NCBI GenBank assembly: GCA_963822945.1 | Contig: CAWGJO010000012.1 | Location: 1 to 64,000 of the forward strand | DNA length: 64,000 nt | From: an uncultured Gemmatimonadaceae bacterium | GTDB lineage: Bacteria; Gemmatimonadota; Gemmatimonadetes; Gemmatimonadales; Gemmatimonadaceae | Direction: 5' to 3' | Shown here: positions 1-10,852 of the stretch, piece by piece | Position numbering within the stretch: the stretch's first letter is position 1 | Layout of the letters: every line of letters begins with the position of its first letter | The notes under the pieces: generated by a model | Databases searched by the model: none | What the model saw: the letters and a program-made list of their open reading frames with translations, nothing else | Told to the model about the DNA's origin: nothing | Translations under genes and position numbers: made by a program

Positions 1-1400
1 TCACCCTGCGCTGATTGCCATGGCGCAGGAAACCTTGGGTTTACGGTGCGCGGGGTTTTCACCCGCGTTTGCGCGTACTCATTCCGGCATCCTCACTTCC
101 GGCCACTCCAGGTCAACGTTTCCACGGACCCTTCACAGTTACCGGAACGCTCCCCTACCCCGCTGACTAGGTCAGCAGGCCAAGCTTCGGTGGATCACTT
201 AATCCCGACCATTCTCGGCGCGTTCACGCTGGACGAGTGAGCTATTACGCACTCTTTAAAGGAATGGCTGCTTCTAAGCCAACCTCCTCGTTGTCACGGC
301 ACGAACACATCCTTCGCGATACTCAGTGATCACTTTGGGACCTTAGCTGTGGCTCTGGGTTCTTTCCCTCTCGCCGTTGGACATTATCGCTCAACGACTG
401 CCTCCCAGGGTCCAGTCCAATGGTATTCGGAGTTTGGTTGGGGTTGGTAAGCCGCTTTGGCTCCCGCGCCCATCCAGTCGCTCTACCCCCACGGACCATG
501 CCCTGAGGCTCTACCTCAATAGATTTCGGGGAGAACCAGCTATCTCCAGGCTTGATTGGCCTTTCACCCCTACCCACAAGTCATCCGAGCGGTTTTCAAC
601 CCACACCGGTTCGGGCCTCCACTAAGTGTTACCTCAGCTTCACCCTGCTCATGGGTAGATCGCCCTGGCTTCGGGTCTGCCCCCGCGAACTGTAATCGCC
701 CTCGTTACAGGACTCGCTCTGGCTTTCTTCGCTGGAGACCAGCTTAGCCTCGCTCGCGAGGAGCAACTCGCCGGATCATAATGCAAAAGGCACGCCGTCA
801 GCAGACAGTCGAGCCGAAGCCCGCTGCTGCCTCCGACCGCTTGTAAGCAAGTGGTTTCAGGATCTCTTTCACTCCCCGCACAGGGGTGCTTTTCACCTGT
901 CCCTCACGGTACTCGTTCACTATCGGTCACACAGGAGTCTTTAGCCTTGGAGGGTGGTCCCCCCAGTTTCACGCCCGGACTCTCGTACCGGGCGTTACTC
1001 AGGAACTCCACTAATTCCACCACGTCGTCTTCGCATACCGGGCTGTCACCGTCTCTGGCGCCCCTTTCCAGGGGACTTCCGCTGACTTCGATGGAACCGT
1101 CTGTGGGTCCTACAACCCCGATCCACAAGGAGATCGGTTCGGCTCGGTCCGGTTCGCTCGCCGCTACTACGGACATCTCGGTTGATTTCTCTTCCTCTGG
1201 GTACTTAGATGTTTCAGTTCCCCAGGTTCGCTTCCCGTCTTGCGACGGGATGACCGCCGTTACCGGCGGCCGGGTTTCCCCATTCGGCCATCCAAGGATC
1301 GATGCGTGTGTGCCGCTCCCCTTGGCTTATCGCAGCTTACCACGGCCTTCGTCGCCTCTGTGTGCCCAGGCATCCCCCACTTGCTTTCGTTCGCTTGACT
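1..1400 (-). rRNA. rrl: 23S rRNA, 5' portion (runs off the window start)
   Basis: Reverse complement shows the 23S 5' signature (GTCAAGCGAACGAAAGCAAGTGGGGGATGCCTGGGC...GCTGCGATAAGC) and conserved blocks such as GATAGCTGGTTCTCCCCGAAA; 5' end approximate. Confidence 0.97.
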
Positions 1401-1516
1401 ACAAAGTCGTGTCAAGCAAAGCACGCGCGATTTCTCTACGAGTGACTCTTTCTTCAGCCTTCGTCGAAATAGTCTTCTCATGATGATTCGCTAATCCCAC
1501 GATCTACCATCCATCC

Positions 1517-1556
1517 GTTGTCAAACAGCATGCGCCCCGCACCTGCACGGGGCGCC
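1517..1556 (-). promoter_or_regulatory. rrn spacer antitermination element: boxB-like hairpin followed by boxA
   Basis: Minus strand reads a GC hairpin (GCGCCCCGTGCAGGTGCGGGGCGC) then TGCTGTTTGACAAC, which resembles boxA TGCTCTTTAACAA. Confidence 0.7.
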
Positions 1557-1648
1557 AGCAGAAATTGAATCGGGAAGGGATGTGTCGAGACGAGCGACTT
1601 GCGGAAGACTTTCAGCGTCGCCGAAGCGCGCCTACTCGTGTAATCCGT

Positions 1649-3172
<1,524 letters not shown>

Positions 3173-3312
3173 AGTTCGAAATAGCTCTCTCGAAAACGCT
3201 GCCCACGCTGTCGCGTAGACAGCGTGTCCGAATCACAGAATGTTCAGTTTGAACTCTCCCCGATTCCCTGAACGGAACCGGCTCGACGAGTTCGCCTCGC
3301 ACATCCATTTGT

Positions 3313-3338
3313 CTTCCCGATTCAATTATCAATCAGCT
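3313..3338 (-). other. 16S processing-stem arm plus leader boxA-like motif
   Basis: 3313-3327 (CTTCCCGATTCAATT) is the exact reverse complement of 1563-1577, as expected for the RNase III stem flanking 16S; AGCTGATTGATAAT is adjacent. Confidence 0.7.
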
Positions 3339-3367
3339 TGTTTGTCACGTATCAGTGACAGCCTCTA

Positions 3368-3397
3368 ACAATAACCGGCAACACTATATCACGTCAA
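3368..3397 (-). promoter_or_regulatory. putative rrn sigma70 promoter
   Basis: TTGACG-N18-TATTGT on the minus strand upstream of the 16S leader. Confidence 0.6.
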
Positions 3398-3459
3398 GCG
3401 CCTGCCCCAACAATTTCACAACTTCTTCCACCTGCGCTCGCCCCGCGTGCTGCCCCTCA

Positions 3460-3532
3460 TGCGCCGTGTAGGAATCGAACCTACAACCTAGTGATTAAGA
3501 GTCACTTGCTCTGCCAATTGAGCTAACGGCGC
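3460..3532 (-). tRNA. tRNA-Lys(CTT)
   Basis: Cloverleaf GCGCCGTTAGCTCAATTGG...GTGACT-CTT-AATCAC...GGTTCGATTCC; CCA not encoded. Confidence 0.95.
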
Positions 3533-3549
3533 CCTCTCTGTTTCCCGCG

Positions 3550-3626
3550 TGGTGCGCCAGGAGGGAATCGAACCCCCGACCCACAGCTTAGAAGGCTGTT
3601 GCTCTATCCAACTGAGCTACTGGCGC
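3550..3626 (-). tRNA. tRNA-Arg(TCT)
   Basis: GCGCCAGTAGCTCAGTTGGATAGAGC...CT-TCT-AA...TTCGATTCC...GCGCACCA. Confidence 0.95.
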
Positions 3627-3669
3627 TTCATTCGCAACGAAGGCCGCCTCTCCTCGCCCTTCGATCAGG

Positions 3670-3743
3670 TCGGGGCGCCCGGATTTGAACCGGGGACCTC
3701 CTGCTCCCAAAGCAGGCGCGATACCAGGCTACGCTACGCCCCG
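3670..3743 (-). tRNA. tRNA-Pro(TGG)
   Basis: CGGGGCGTAGCGTAGCCTGGT...TT-TGG-GA...GGTTCAAATCC. Confidence 0.95.
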
Positions 3744-3753
3744 CGAGCCCGTA

Positions 3754-3782
3754 ATTCTATCGGACCGATGCGCGACAGTCAA
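3754..3782 (-). promoter_or_regulatory. sigma70 promoter for the tRNA Pro-Arg-Lys cluster
   Basis: TTGACT-N17-TAGAAT ending about 10 nt upstream of tRNA-Pro. Confidence 0.8.
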
Positions 3783-4402
3783 CGGCGTTCGCCCATCGAT
3801 CGCAACAGCAACGCGAACGCCCGCCCCCGATGACTCACCGCCGCCTTCTCCTCCGCCGTCACCTCGGAAAAGGCGCGCCCCAACTCGTCGCTCACGAAGT
3901 ACGGATCGTATCCGAAACCGTTCGCCCCGCCGCGCCGCGATTCGGCGATCCGGCCCGCCGCCTCTCCACGCGCCGTCAACTCGCGGACGCCGTCGAAATA
4001 CACGGCAACACACACGTAGCGCGCCCGCCGGTCCGAACTCCCGCGCAACCGATCCAGCAACAGCGCGTTGTTCGCTTCGTCCAGGGCGCGGCCCTCGAGC
4101 TCGGGCTGACCGCTCCAGCGCTTGCTCATGACCCCGGGCGCTCCGTGAAGCGCCACGACCTCGAGCCCGGAGTCTTCCGCCACCACGGGCAATCCCCCGC
4201 CCCGCGCATGGAAATACCGCGCCTTCGCGCGTGCGTTCCCTTCGAACGTCGCGAATGCCTCGATGGACGCCTCTTCCGGTTGCTCGGCAAGGCCGGCTTC
4301 GGCGAGATCTCGCGCCTCCCACCCCGCGGCCGCAAACATCGGCCGGAGTTCCCGGAGCTTGCCCGGGCTGCGAGTCGCCAGCAGGACGACCCGCGGCGTC
4401 AC
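3779..4402 (-). CDS. rdgB: non-canonical purine NTP pyrophosphatase (RdgB/HAM1)
   Basis: ATRSPGK, EDSGLEV, GAPGV, GFGYDP and SHRG motifs; follows rph. Confidence 0.93.
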   Translation of the reverse strand: MTPRVVLLATRSPGKLRELRPMFAAAGWEARDLAEAGLAEQPEEASIEAFATFEGNARAKARYFHARGGGLPVVAEDSGLEVVALHGAPGVMSKRWSGQPELEGRALDEANNALLLDRLRGSSDRRARYVCVAVYFDGVRELTARGEAAGRIAESRRGGANGFGYDPYFVSDELGRAFSEVTAEEKAAVSHRGRAFALLLRSMGERR

Positions 4403-5127
4403 CCGCCCAGCGCTCGCTGCTGCGCGGCGTCGAGTGCGCGGATCCCCGTCTCGGCCAGCGAGAGCAACGCGTCGAGTTGCCCCCGGCCGAACGTGCCGTG
4501 CTCGCCCGTCCCCTGGACCTCCACGAACTCGCCGGCGCTGCTCATGACCACGTTCATGTCCACCTCGGCCACCACGTCCTCCGCGTACTCCAGGTCCAGG
4601 CGCGGCACGCCTCCCACCACGCCCACGCTCACCGCTGCCACGCGCCGCTGCACGGGCGACGCCGGCACACGACCGGTGGTGACCATCCAGGCGAACGCGT
4701 CGACCACCGCCACCGCAGCGCCCGTGATCGCGGCGGTGCGCGTGCCGCCGTCCGCCTGCAGCACGTCACAGTCGAGGCGCACCGTGTACTCGCCGAAGGT
4801 GAAGCCGTCGAGCATCGCCCGCACGCTCCGCCCGATCAGCCGCTGGATCTCCTGCGTCCGGCCACCAAGCTTCTCGCGCTCCCGCGACGTCCGGGTGTGC
4901 GTCGCCCGGGGCAGCATTGCGTACTCGGCGGTGATCCACCCCAGCCCGCTGCCCCGACGCCACCCCGGCACTCCCTCCTCCACCGACGCCGTACAGAGGA
5001 CCCGCGTGTTGCCGAAACTCGCCAGGCACGAGCCTTCAGCGTACGCCGCGGCCCCGCGTTCGAGGGTGACCGGACGCAGGGCGTCGTGGGCGCGTGCGGC
5101 GCGAACGGGAACGGAGGAATCAGCCAC
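4399..5127 (-). CDS. rph: ribonuclease PH
   Basis: [28 protein letters not shown] and DGGTRTA motifs. Confidence 0.97.
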   Translation of the reverse strand: MADSSVPVRAARAHDALRPVTLERGAAAYAEGSCLASFGNTRVLCTASVEEGVPGWRRGSGLGWITAEYAMLPRATHTRTSREREKLGGRTQEIQRLIGRSVRAMLDGFTFGEYTVRLDCDVLQADGGTRTAAITGAAVAVVDAFAWMVTTGRVPASPVQRRVAAVSVGVVGGVPRLDLEYAEDVVAEVDMNVVMSSAGEFVEVQGTGEHGTFGRGQLDALLSLAETGIRALDAAQQRALGG

Positions 5128-5599
5128 GGAGCCTCTCGATGATGGAAGTGGTGGATTGACCGGGAGTCAGCGGAATGACGACGACGGCGCCGCCGCGCGC
5201 CCGCACATCGGGCGCACCGACGATCGTGGCCTCGGTGTAGTCGCCGCCCTTCACCAGCACGTCCGGTTCGAGCGCGCGGATCAGCTCGAGCGGCGTATCC
5301 TGTTCGAACAACACGACCACGTCCACCATGGCCAGCGCTGCCAGGACGTAGGCGCGCTCCGCTTCCGTGCGCACGGGACGGCTGGGGCCCTTCAACCGGC
5401 GGACCGACGCATCGGTGTTGAGTCCCACCACCAGCGCGTCCCCCTGGCGACGCGCCCCGAGCAGCAGGTCGATGTGGCCCGGGTGGAGCAGATCGAACAC
5501 GCCGTTGGTGAACACGACCCGCCCCGATACTCGCTGCCGCCAACTCCGCGCTTCATCCCACGTCATGATCCGCGCTTGCGGCGGTGCGGCGTCGCTCAA
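5120..5599 (-). CDS. rfaE2: D-glycero-beta-D-manno-heptose 1-phosphate adenylyltransferase (stand-alone RfaE domain II)
   Basis: [34 protein letters not shown] and STTSII motifs. Confidence 0.92.
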   Translation of the reverse strand: MSDAAPPQARIMTWDEARSWRQRVSGRVVFTNGVFDLLHPGHIDLLLGARRQGDALVVGLNTDASVRRLKGPSRPVRTEAERAYVLAALAMVDVVVLFEQDTPLELIRALEPDVLVKGGDYTEATIVGAPDVRARGGAVVVIPLTPGQSTTSIIERLRG

Positions 5600-5955
5600 T
5601 ACGTGTCCTCGGCATGGGGGTGGAAAATGAACGTCCGGACGGTGAGCGGCAGTTCGATCTGCTCCGCGTAGTCGGCCGACAGCCGGATCGTCCGGTCGCG
5701 GGGATCGCGCTCGATGGAGATCTCCTTCGCGTCCTCCGGAAGCCCGAGCGAGTCGGCCTCCATCCAGAGGTGCGCGAGGATCAGCGAATCGGGACGTACG
5801 CCATTGAAGCGCAATTCCTGCTTCATGGCGTCTTCGTACTGGTAGAAGTTCCAGTACGCCTCACCGATGTTGACGCCGAAATAGAGTCCGGCGGCAAGCA
5901 GAAGCAGGGTGAACAGACATCCCAGCGAACTGCGGCCGCTGCGCGCCCTCACCAT
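5596..5955 (-). CDS. hypothetical single-pass membrane protein (DUF4845-like architecture)
   Basis: Basic N-terminus, one hydrophobic helix, small periplasmic domain; translationally coupled to its neighbours. Confidence 0.6.
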   Translation of the reverse strand: MVRARSGRSSLGCLFTLLLLAAGLYFGVNIGEAYWNFYQYEDAMKQELRFNGVRPDSLILAHLWMEADSLGLPEDAKEISIERDPRDRTIRLSADYAEQIELPLTVRTFIFHPHAEDTY

Positions 5956-6452
5956 TGCGACTGCGCTCCCGTGACGATCTGGTCCACGAGCTGCTTGATG
6001 GCCTGCTGACGGCCGTCAGCCTCGGCGCGCTCGGCGTACTCGCCGGACGCGGTCATGCCCTTCTGCTCCCAGAGGATCTTGCCGCTGGCCTGATCCACGA
6101 TCTTCACGTCGACGGTGATCTCCAGTCTCCGGCGTGCGGACACCGCCTGATTCGGATTCGCGCTGAACGAAACCGGCACATCGGCCTGATATCCCGTGAT
6201 CTTTCCGCTGACCACGGCGTCGGCACGGGCTTCCGGCGCCTCCCGGACCCCCAGCCGCTTGTCGAGCTGACTGTTCATGGCGTCGAACAACTCGCGCTGC
6301 ACATCCGGCGACGCCGTGGCGTTGTCGAAGGGGAGCACGGCCATCGTCTTGATGTTCGGCGGAAACGTGCCCTTCGAGAACCCATAGTGCACCCCACATC
6401 CAGCGAGGGCGGCGAGCAGCAACGCGCTAATGAAACGACCACAGCGAGTCAT
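5949..6452 (-). CDS. lptE: LPS assembly lipoprotein LptE-like
   Basis: Lipobox LAGC followed by YGF, IKTMAVLPFDN, and a C-terminal helix ending in W, typical of LptE. Confidence 0.75.
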   Translation of the reverse strand: MTRCGRFISALLLAALAGCGVHYGFSKGTFPPNIKTMAVLPFDNATASPDVQRELFDAMNSQLDKRLGVREAPEARADAVVSGKITGYQADVPVSFSANPNQAVSARRRLEITVDVKIVDQASGKILWEQKGMTASGEYAERAEADGRQQAIKQLVDQIVTGAQSQW

Positions 6453-7077
6453 CGAATGGTCCGGTATCGGCCGATGTAGTGATGACGAGATCAAGGGTGC
6501 GACGGTCACTTTCATCATGATAGCGGATGTGCCCATCCGGCGTGCGCGTCACCCACTCCTGGACCCGCCCCCCCTGGACCCGCTCCAGCCGGCGGAGGCT
6601 CCCCCCTTCGAAGGTGACCCGCCATTCCACGGGCCGCCCCATGTCGGCTCGCAGGGTGGTTCCGTCGAGCCGGGCGACGGTGTCCGCCACCGGGGGAAGC
6701 GCCAGGCGTCCGAGCGCCGCCCAGAGGAGCGCCGGCGGCGGCACGAAGCCCGCCGCGGCGTCTCCCGGGGGTAACCGCAGGTCGCCGCCCACGAGTACGG
6801 CTGCCCCGCTCCCCGTTCCCCCTGCCAAGAAGAAGTCGAACCGGACGCTGTCCGGAGGCGCGACCCTGGCCGCCCCCTCCCCACGCGCCACGAGATCGGG
6901 CCCGTTCAGTTCCCACCGGAAGACGATCCGCCGGTGATGGTGCCCGAGCGTGGTTTCCGGAAATCGCGCCGGCACCGGCGTTCCGCGGAGGGGGCCCAAC
7001 CGTGGAACGCAGCCGGCGAGCGCCACGAGCGCCACGCCGGCCGCGAGACGGCTACAACGCCGACTGCAGCTGTGCAC
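6427..7077 (-). CDS. hypothetical lipoprotein, beta-rich
   Basis: Lipobox LAGC after a hydrophobic stretch within ORF 6427..7422; GTG start at 7077 inferred. Confidence 0.6.
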   Translation of the reverse strand: MHSCSRRCSRLAAGVALVALAGCVPRLGPLRGTPVPARFPETTLGHHHRRIVFRWELNGPDLVARGEGAARVAPPDSVRFDFFLAGGTGSGAAVLVGGDLRLPPGDAAAGFVPPPALLWAALGRLALPPVADTVARLDGTTLRADMGRPVEWRVTFEGGSLRRLERVQGGRVQEWVTRTPDGHIRYHDESDRRTLDLVITTSADTGPFDDSLWSFH

Positions 7078-7459
7078 GGAACTCGGCAGGCAGCGCCGAG
7101 GGGCGACCCGACGGGTCCAGGGACACGAGCACGGTGCGGGCAGAAACCAGGCGCGTTCCCGTGTCGGCATTCGAGATGAGGTAGTCGAACGTGATGGCGC
7201 GCGACCGAACGTCCGCCAGACGGGTCTCGACCACGACGCGGTCTTCGTATCGGGCAGAGTCGTGGTAGCGAAGGCTGGCCTCGGAGACGGCCAGCAGCAG
7301 TCCACGGCGCTCCAACTCGGCGTAGCTGACCCCGAACTCGCGAATGAAGTCTGTTCGTCCGACGTCGCACCAGACCAGGTAGTTGGCGTGATACACCACG
7401 CCCATCTGATCGGACTCGGCATAGCGCACCCGGAATTCGCTCCGCTGAACGTGGCTCAT
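7052..7459 (-). CDS. acyl-CoA thioesterase, YbgC/FadM hotdog family
   Basis: RVRYAESDQMGVVYHANY motif. Confidence 0.9.
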   Translation of the reverse strand: MSHVQRSEFRVRYAESDQMGVVYHANYLVWCDVGRTDFIREFGVSYAELERRGLLLAVSEASLRYHDSARYEDRVVVETRLADVRSRAITFDYLISNADTGTRLVSARTVLVSLDPSGRPSALPAEFRAQLQSAL

Positions 7460-7524
7460 GCGCGTGGGGTGCGACTCGTGGACGGAACGCTCATCTGGCG
7501 CGAACAATAGAGCGCCGAACCGGT

Positions 7525-7553
7525 TTGTAAAGACGCGACGCGGACGCTAGAAT
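7525..7553 (+). promoter_or_regulatory. sigma70 promoter of lpxH (probably leaderless)
   Basis: TTGTAA-N17-TAGAAT, 6 nt before the GTG at 7560. Confidence 0.6.
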
Positions 7554-7559
7554 CAGCGC

Positions 7560-8339
7560 GTGCTCCCATCACCGTGCTACATCTTCTCGGACACGCACCT
7601 GGGATTCGCCCCGGATGCGGTGGAACGCCAGCTCCGTGCGTTCCTGGGCTCGCTGCGTGGGCGCGCCGGGTCGCTGGTGATCAATGGCGACCTGTTCGAA
7701 TTCTGGTTCGAGTGGCGACACGTGATGCCACGGGCCGCGTTCCGCGTACTGGCGGCGCTGGCCGACCTGCGAGATACCGGGATTCCGATTCTGATGATCG
7801 CCGGCAATCACGACTGCTGGGGCGGTCCAATCCTGCGCGAGGACGTCGGCGTGGACTTTCACGTCGGTCCGTGGACCGGCGATCTGGCGGGGTGGCGCAC
7901 CTGCATCGAGCACGGCGACGGGTTGCGGGACCGCGAAGACCGACGGTACCGAATGCTCCGCCGCGTTCTTCGCAACCCGTTGGCAATTCGCACGTTCCGA
8001 TGGCTGCACCCGGATGTCGCCACGGCGCTTGCCGGCGGAAGTTCCCACGCCAGCCGGTCGTATGCCGCCCGGGATGGGGGCGCCGGCTTGCGGGCGGTGG
8101 CGGCGTCCCGACTGGCCGCCACGCCGTCCGTGGAACTCCTCGTATTCGGGCACTCCCACGTCGCGGCGCTCGAGCGGATGCCCCCGGGCGGCGTGTACGC
8201 CAACGCCGGATCGTGGCTCGACGCCCCCACGTTTCTCCGCGTCACGGCCGACCGGATCGAGTTGCGGCGCTGGGACGGCTCAGCCGAGGGGGTGGCGCTC
8301 GACGTGATCGATCGCCCCACCCAGAAAGCGCTGGCCTAG
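7560..8339 (+). CDS. lpxH: UDP-2,3-diacylglucosamine diphosphatase (metallophosphoesterase)
   Basis: SDTHLG, GDLFEFW, GNHD, HGD and GHSH motifs. Confidence 0.8.
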   Translation: MLPSPCYIFSDTHLGFAPDAVERQLRAFLGSLRGRAGSLVINGDLFEFWFEWRHVMPRAAFRVLAALADLRDTGIPILMIAGNHDCWGGPILREDVGVDFHVGPWTGDLAGWRTCIEHGDGLRDREDRRYRMLRRVLRNPLAIRTFRWLHPDVATALAGGSSHASRSYAARDGGAGLRAVAASRLAATPSVELLVFGHSHVAALERMPPGGVYANAGSWLDAPTFLRVTADRIELRRWDGSAEGVALDVIDRPTQKALA

Positions 8340-9083
8340 GGAGAGAAACCGCGCGGGATCGTCGGAGCACACGAATCGATAGGTGGGCCGTGCGTCGTTC
8401 GGCGCGGCGAGGCCCGCCGCCTCCAGCACCCGCGCCGTCTCGGCCGCCGTCTCTTCGGCGCTGTCGATGAGCCGGACGTCGGCGCCGAGCAGCGTGTGCA
8501 ACAGCGGCTTGAGCAACGGATAGTGCGTGCACCCGAGCACGAGCGTGTCGATCCGGTCGTGCGCGAGAGGTTCCAGATACTCGTGCGCGATCAGCCGCGT
8601 GGCCTCGCGATCGGTCCACCCCTCCTCGACCAGCGGCACGAAGAGCGGACAGGCCTGCGCGGAGACTCGCGCGTCCGGACGGAGCGCCCGGATGGCGCGC
8701 TCGTAGGCGCCGGAACGCACGGTACCGGCAGTCCCGATGACGCCGATGGCGCCCGACCGGGTGGCCGCGACGGCCGCCCGTGCGCCGGGCTCGACGACGC
8801 CGATGACCGGGATCGTGCGTTCGGCCCGCAGCATCGGGAGGGCGTGGGCCGTGGCCGTGTTGCACGCCACGACGATGGCTTTCACACCACGTGACTCGAG
8901 AAAGTCGGCGATCTCGCGACTGTAGCGCTGGACCGTTTCGGGTCCCTTGTTGCCGTACGGCACGCGCGCCGTGTCGCCGAAGTACACGATGCTCTCGTGC
9001 GGCAGTTGGCGCATGAGTTCGTGCACCACGGTCAGGCCGCCGATGCCGGAATCGAAGACACCGATCGGCGCCGCGGCCGTCAC
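8280..9083 (-). CDS. murI: glutamate racemase
   Basis: IGVFDSGIGGLTV, PYG, ACNTA and LGCTHYP motifs; GTG start inferred. Confidence 0.96.
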   Translation of the reverse strand: MTAAAPIGVFDSGIGGLTVVHELMRQLPHESIVYFGDTARVPYGNKGPETVQRYSREIADFLESRGVKAIVVACNTATAHALPMLRAERTIPVIGVVEPGARAAVAATRSGAIGVIGTAGTVRSGAYERAIRALRPDARVSAQACPLFVPLVEEGWTDREATRLIAHEYLEPLAHDRIDTLVLGCTHYPLLKPLLHTLLGADVRLIDSAEETAAETARVLEAAGLAAPNDARPTYRFVCSDDPARFLSLGQRFLGGAIDHVERHPLG

Positions 9084-9667
9084 GGGACGCGGACCGAAAG
9101 TCCGACGTTGGCGCCGGAGGCCGTGGATTTCACGGAGAGCTCCGCGGGCACATCCCACAGGTTGGCGGCGACATAGGCGTCGAGTCCACTGAACAGGTGG
9201 TTGGCGACGATCGCCGCGATCCAGTCCTCCACGTGGGCCTGTCGACTCCGAACCAGGCCCGTGTTGTACGGCGACGGGCGGACGACGCGGGACGCCTGGC
9301 CGGATGCGGGATCCCACCACGATACGACCACGCTGTCGGCACCGGCGTTCCGGGCCTGCCGCAGATCGAACTGCGCCTGGCGCAGCATGGTGACCGCAAC
9401 GGCCTCGAACGCGATGAAGAGGGCCGATGCCCGGGGGCGTCCAAGCGCCGTCTGGGCGGACCCGGGCACGAGAAACGAGTAGGCGAACGAGCGCCCGGGA
9501 GAGAGTGGCGGGTGGCGTTCGGGCCTCGGGCCTCTGGCGGTATCGGTGACGGTGCGCGGGATCTGTACCGGCCCGCGGCTCGCCGTATCTGCCCCCTGGG
9601 CGGCGGCAGCGGGGGCCATGAGGACCAACAGGTACAGGCCGACGATGGCGCGCCAGAACGGGCGCAA
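9080..9667 (-). CDS. exported hypothetical protein (DUF5683-like)
   Basis: Signal peptide (AAAA|Q), SFLVPGSAQ and LDAYVAANL segments, C-terminal alternating beta strand; start uncertain. Confidence 0.5.
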   Translation of the reverse strand: MRPFWRAIVGLYLLVLMAPAAAAQGADTASRGPVQIPRTVTDTARGPRPERHPPLSPGRSFAYSFLVPGSAQTALGRPRASALFIAFEAVAVTMLRQAQFDLRQARNAGADSVVVSWWDPASGQASRVVRPSPYNTGLVRSRQAHVEDWIAAIVANHLFSGLDAYVAANLWDVPAELSVKSTASGANVGLSVRVP

Positions 9668-9703
9668 AGCCGGTCTGACGGGATTCGGGCAGCGGCAGCT
9701 CGG

Positions 9704-9800
9704 TGGCGGGAGTGCATGGGAATCGAACCCACCCAACCCGACGTCGTCAGGTCGCAACAGTTTTGAAGACTGCGGAAGCCACCAGGCCCCCTCCACTCCC
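9704..9800 (-). tRNA. selC: tRNA-Sec(TCA)
   Basis: 97 nt, anticodon loop CT-TCA-AA, 6-bp D-stem with TGGT loop, long variable arm, GCCA end; directly after selD. Confidence 0.95.
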
Positions 9801-9804
9801 CGAG

Positions 9805-10836
9805 TCACGCGAGCACCAACGGTGAGGCGCCGGGGGCGCGCACCTCGCCGATCTCCACGGCCCCCGGCACGCGCGCAAGATAGTCCCGCACGCGTTCGGC
9901 GGGGACGGCAACCAACAGGCCGCCGGACGTCTGCGGGTCGAGGCTGATGGCCCGCTGGGTGTCGGTGGCGTCGTTCCAGGCGACCTTGTCGTGCAGAAAG
10001 GCCAGATTCCGGTCCGCCCCGCCGGTACGAACGCCGTCGCGCCAGGCCCGGTCGGCGCCGGGGAGCATGGGCAGGGCGGCGACGTGGATCACCAGCGTCA
10101 CGCCGCTGGCCCGCGCGACGTGCGACGCGTGCCCGAGGAGCCCGAAGCCCGTGACATCGGTGGCGCAACGCACTCCCAACTCGACCGCCGCCCGGCTGGC
10201 TGCGGCATTCAGCGTGCGCATCGAATCGTGGAGGGCCTGCGCGTCGTCGCCGCTCAACGTCCCCTCCTTCTCCGCCGTGGCGAGCAGACCGGTGCCGAGC
10301 GCCTTGGTGAGCACCAGCCGGTCGCCCGGCCGGGCCGCAGCGTTCGTGAGCATCCGGTCCGGGTGCACCCGTCCGGTGACCGCCACGCCGAATTTCAATT
10401 CCTCGTCGATGATGGTGTGTCCACCGACGACCACCGCGCCCGCCTCGTGCACCTTGTCCTGCCCGCCCTGCAGAATGCGGCCGAGCACGTCGAGCGGCAG
10501 GCGGCCAGCCGGAAAGCCCACCACATTGAGCGCCGTCAACGGCTCGCCCCCCATGGCGTACACGTCGGAGAGCGCGTTGGCGGCGGCGATCTGGCCGAAC
10601 AGGTACGGATCGTCGACGATCGGCGCGAAGAAGTCGACCGTCTGCACGAGCGCGAGATCGGGCGCGAGCACGAACACGCCGGCGTCGTCGAACGTCTCCC
10701 GGCCCACGAGCAACCGGGAATCCGTCTGGTGCGGCACGCCCTTCAACGCTTCCGAGAGATCGCCCAGACCGAGCTTGGCGGCGCAACCGGCACACCGGGC
10801 GAACCCGGTAAGGCGCAGCAGCTCGCCCTCGGGCAT
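9805..10836 (-). CDS. selD: selenide, water dikinase (Cys form)
   Basis: CAGCAAK, DDAGV, QTVDFF, AANALSDVYAMGG, TDVTGFGLLGH and DPQTSGGLL motifs. Confidence 0.96.
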   Translation of the reverse strand: MPEGELLRLTGFARCAGCAAKLGLGDLSEALKGVPHQTDSRLLVGRETFDDAGVFVLAPDLALVQTVDFFAPIVDDPYLFGQIAAANALSDVYAMGGEPLTALNVVGFPAGRLPLDVLGRILQGGQDKVHEAGAVVVGGHTIIDEELKFGVAVTGRVHPDRMLTNAAARPGDRLVLTKALGTGLLATAEKEGTLSGDDAQALHDSMRTLNAAASRAAVELGVRCATDVTGFGLLGHASHVARASGVTLVIHVAALPMLPGADRAWRDGVRTGGADRNLAFLHDKVAWNDATDTQRAISLDPQTSGGLLVAVPAERVRDYLARVPGAVEIGEVRAPGASPLVLA

Positions 10837-10852
10837 CGACGCGCTCACCGCT

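Noticed and set aside
3830..5671. 613-aa plus-strand ORF, and similar long antisense ORFs (12371-15178, 27502-29286, 32217-33947, 43855-46134, 58449-60041)
   Set aside because: Shadow frames of GC-rich minus-strand genes; no motifs, and Arg/Ala/Pro-rich composition
9080..10795. 571-aa ORF spanning selD and tRNA-Sec
   Set aside because: Only the last ~195 codons look protein-like; the rest is an off-frame read of selD and selC
10780..10800. Possible selenocysteine UGA in SelD
   Set aside because: The codons are TGT and TGC (Cys); there is no in-frame TGA
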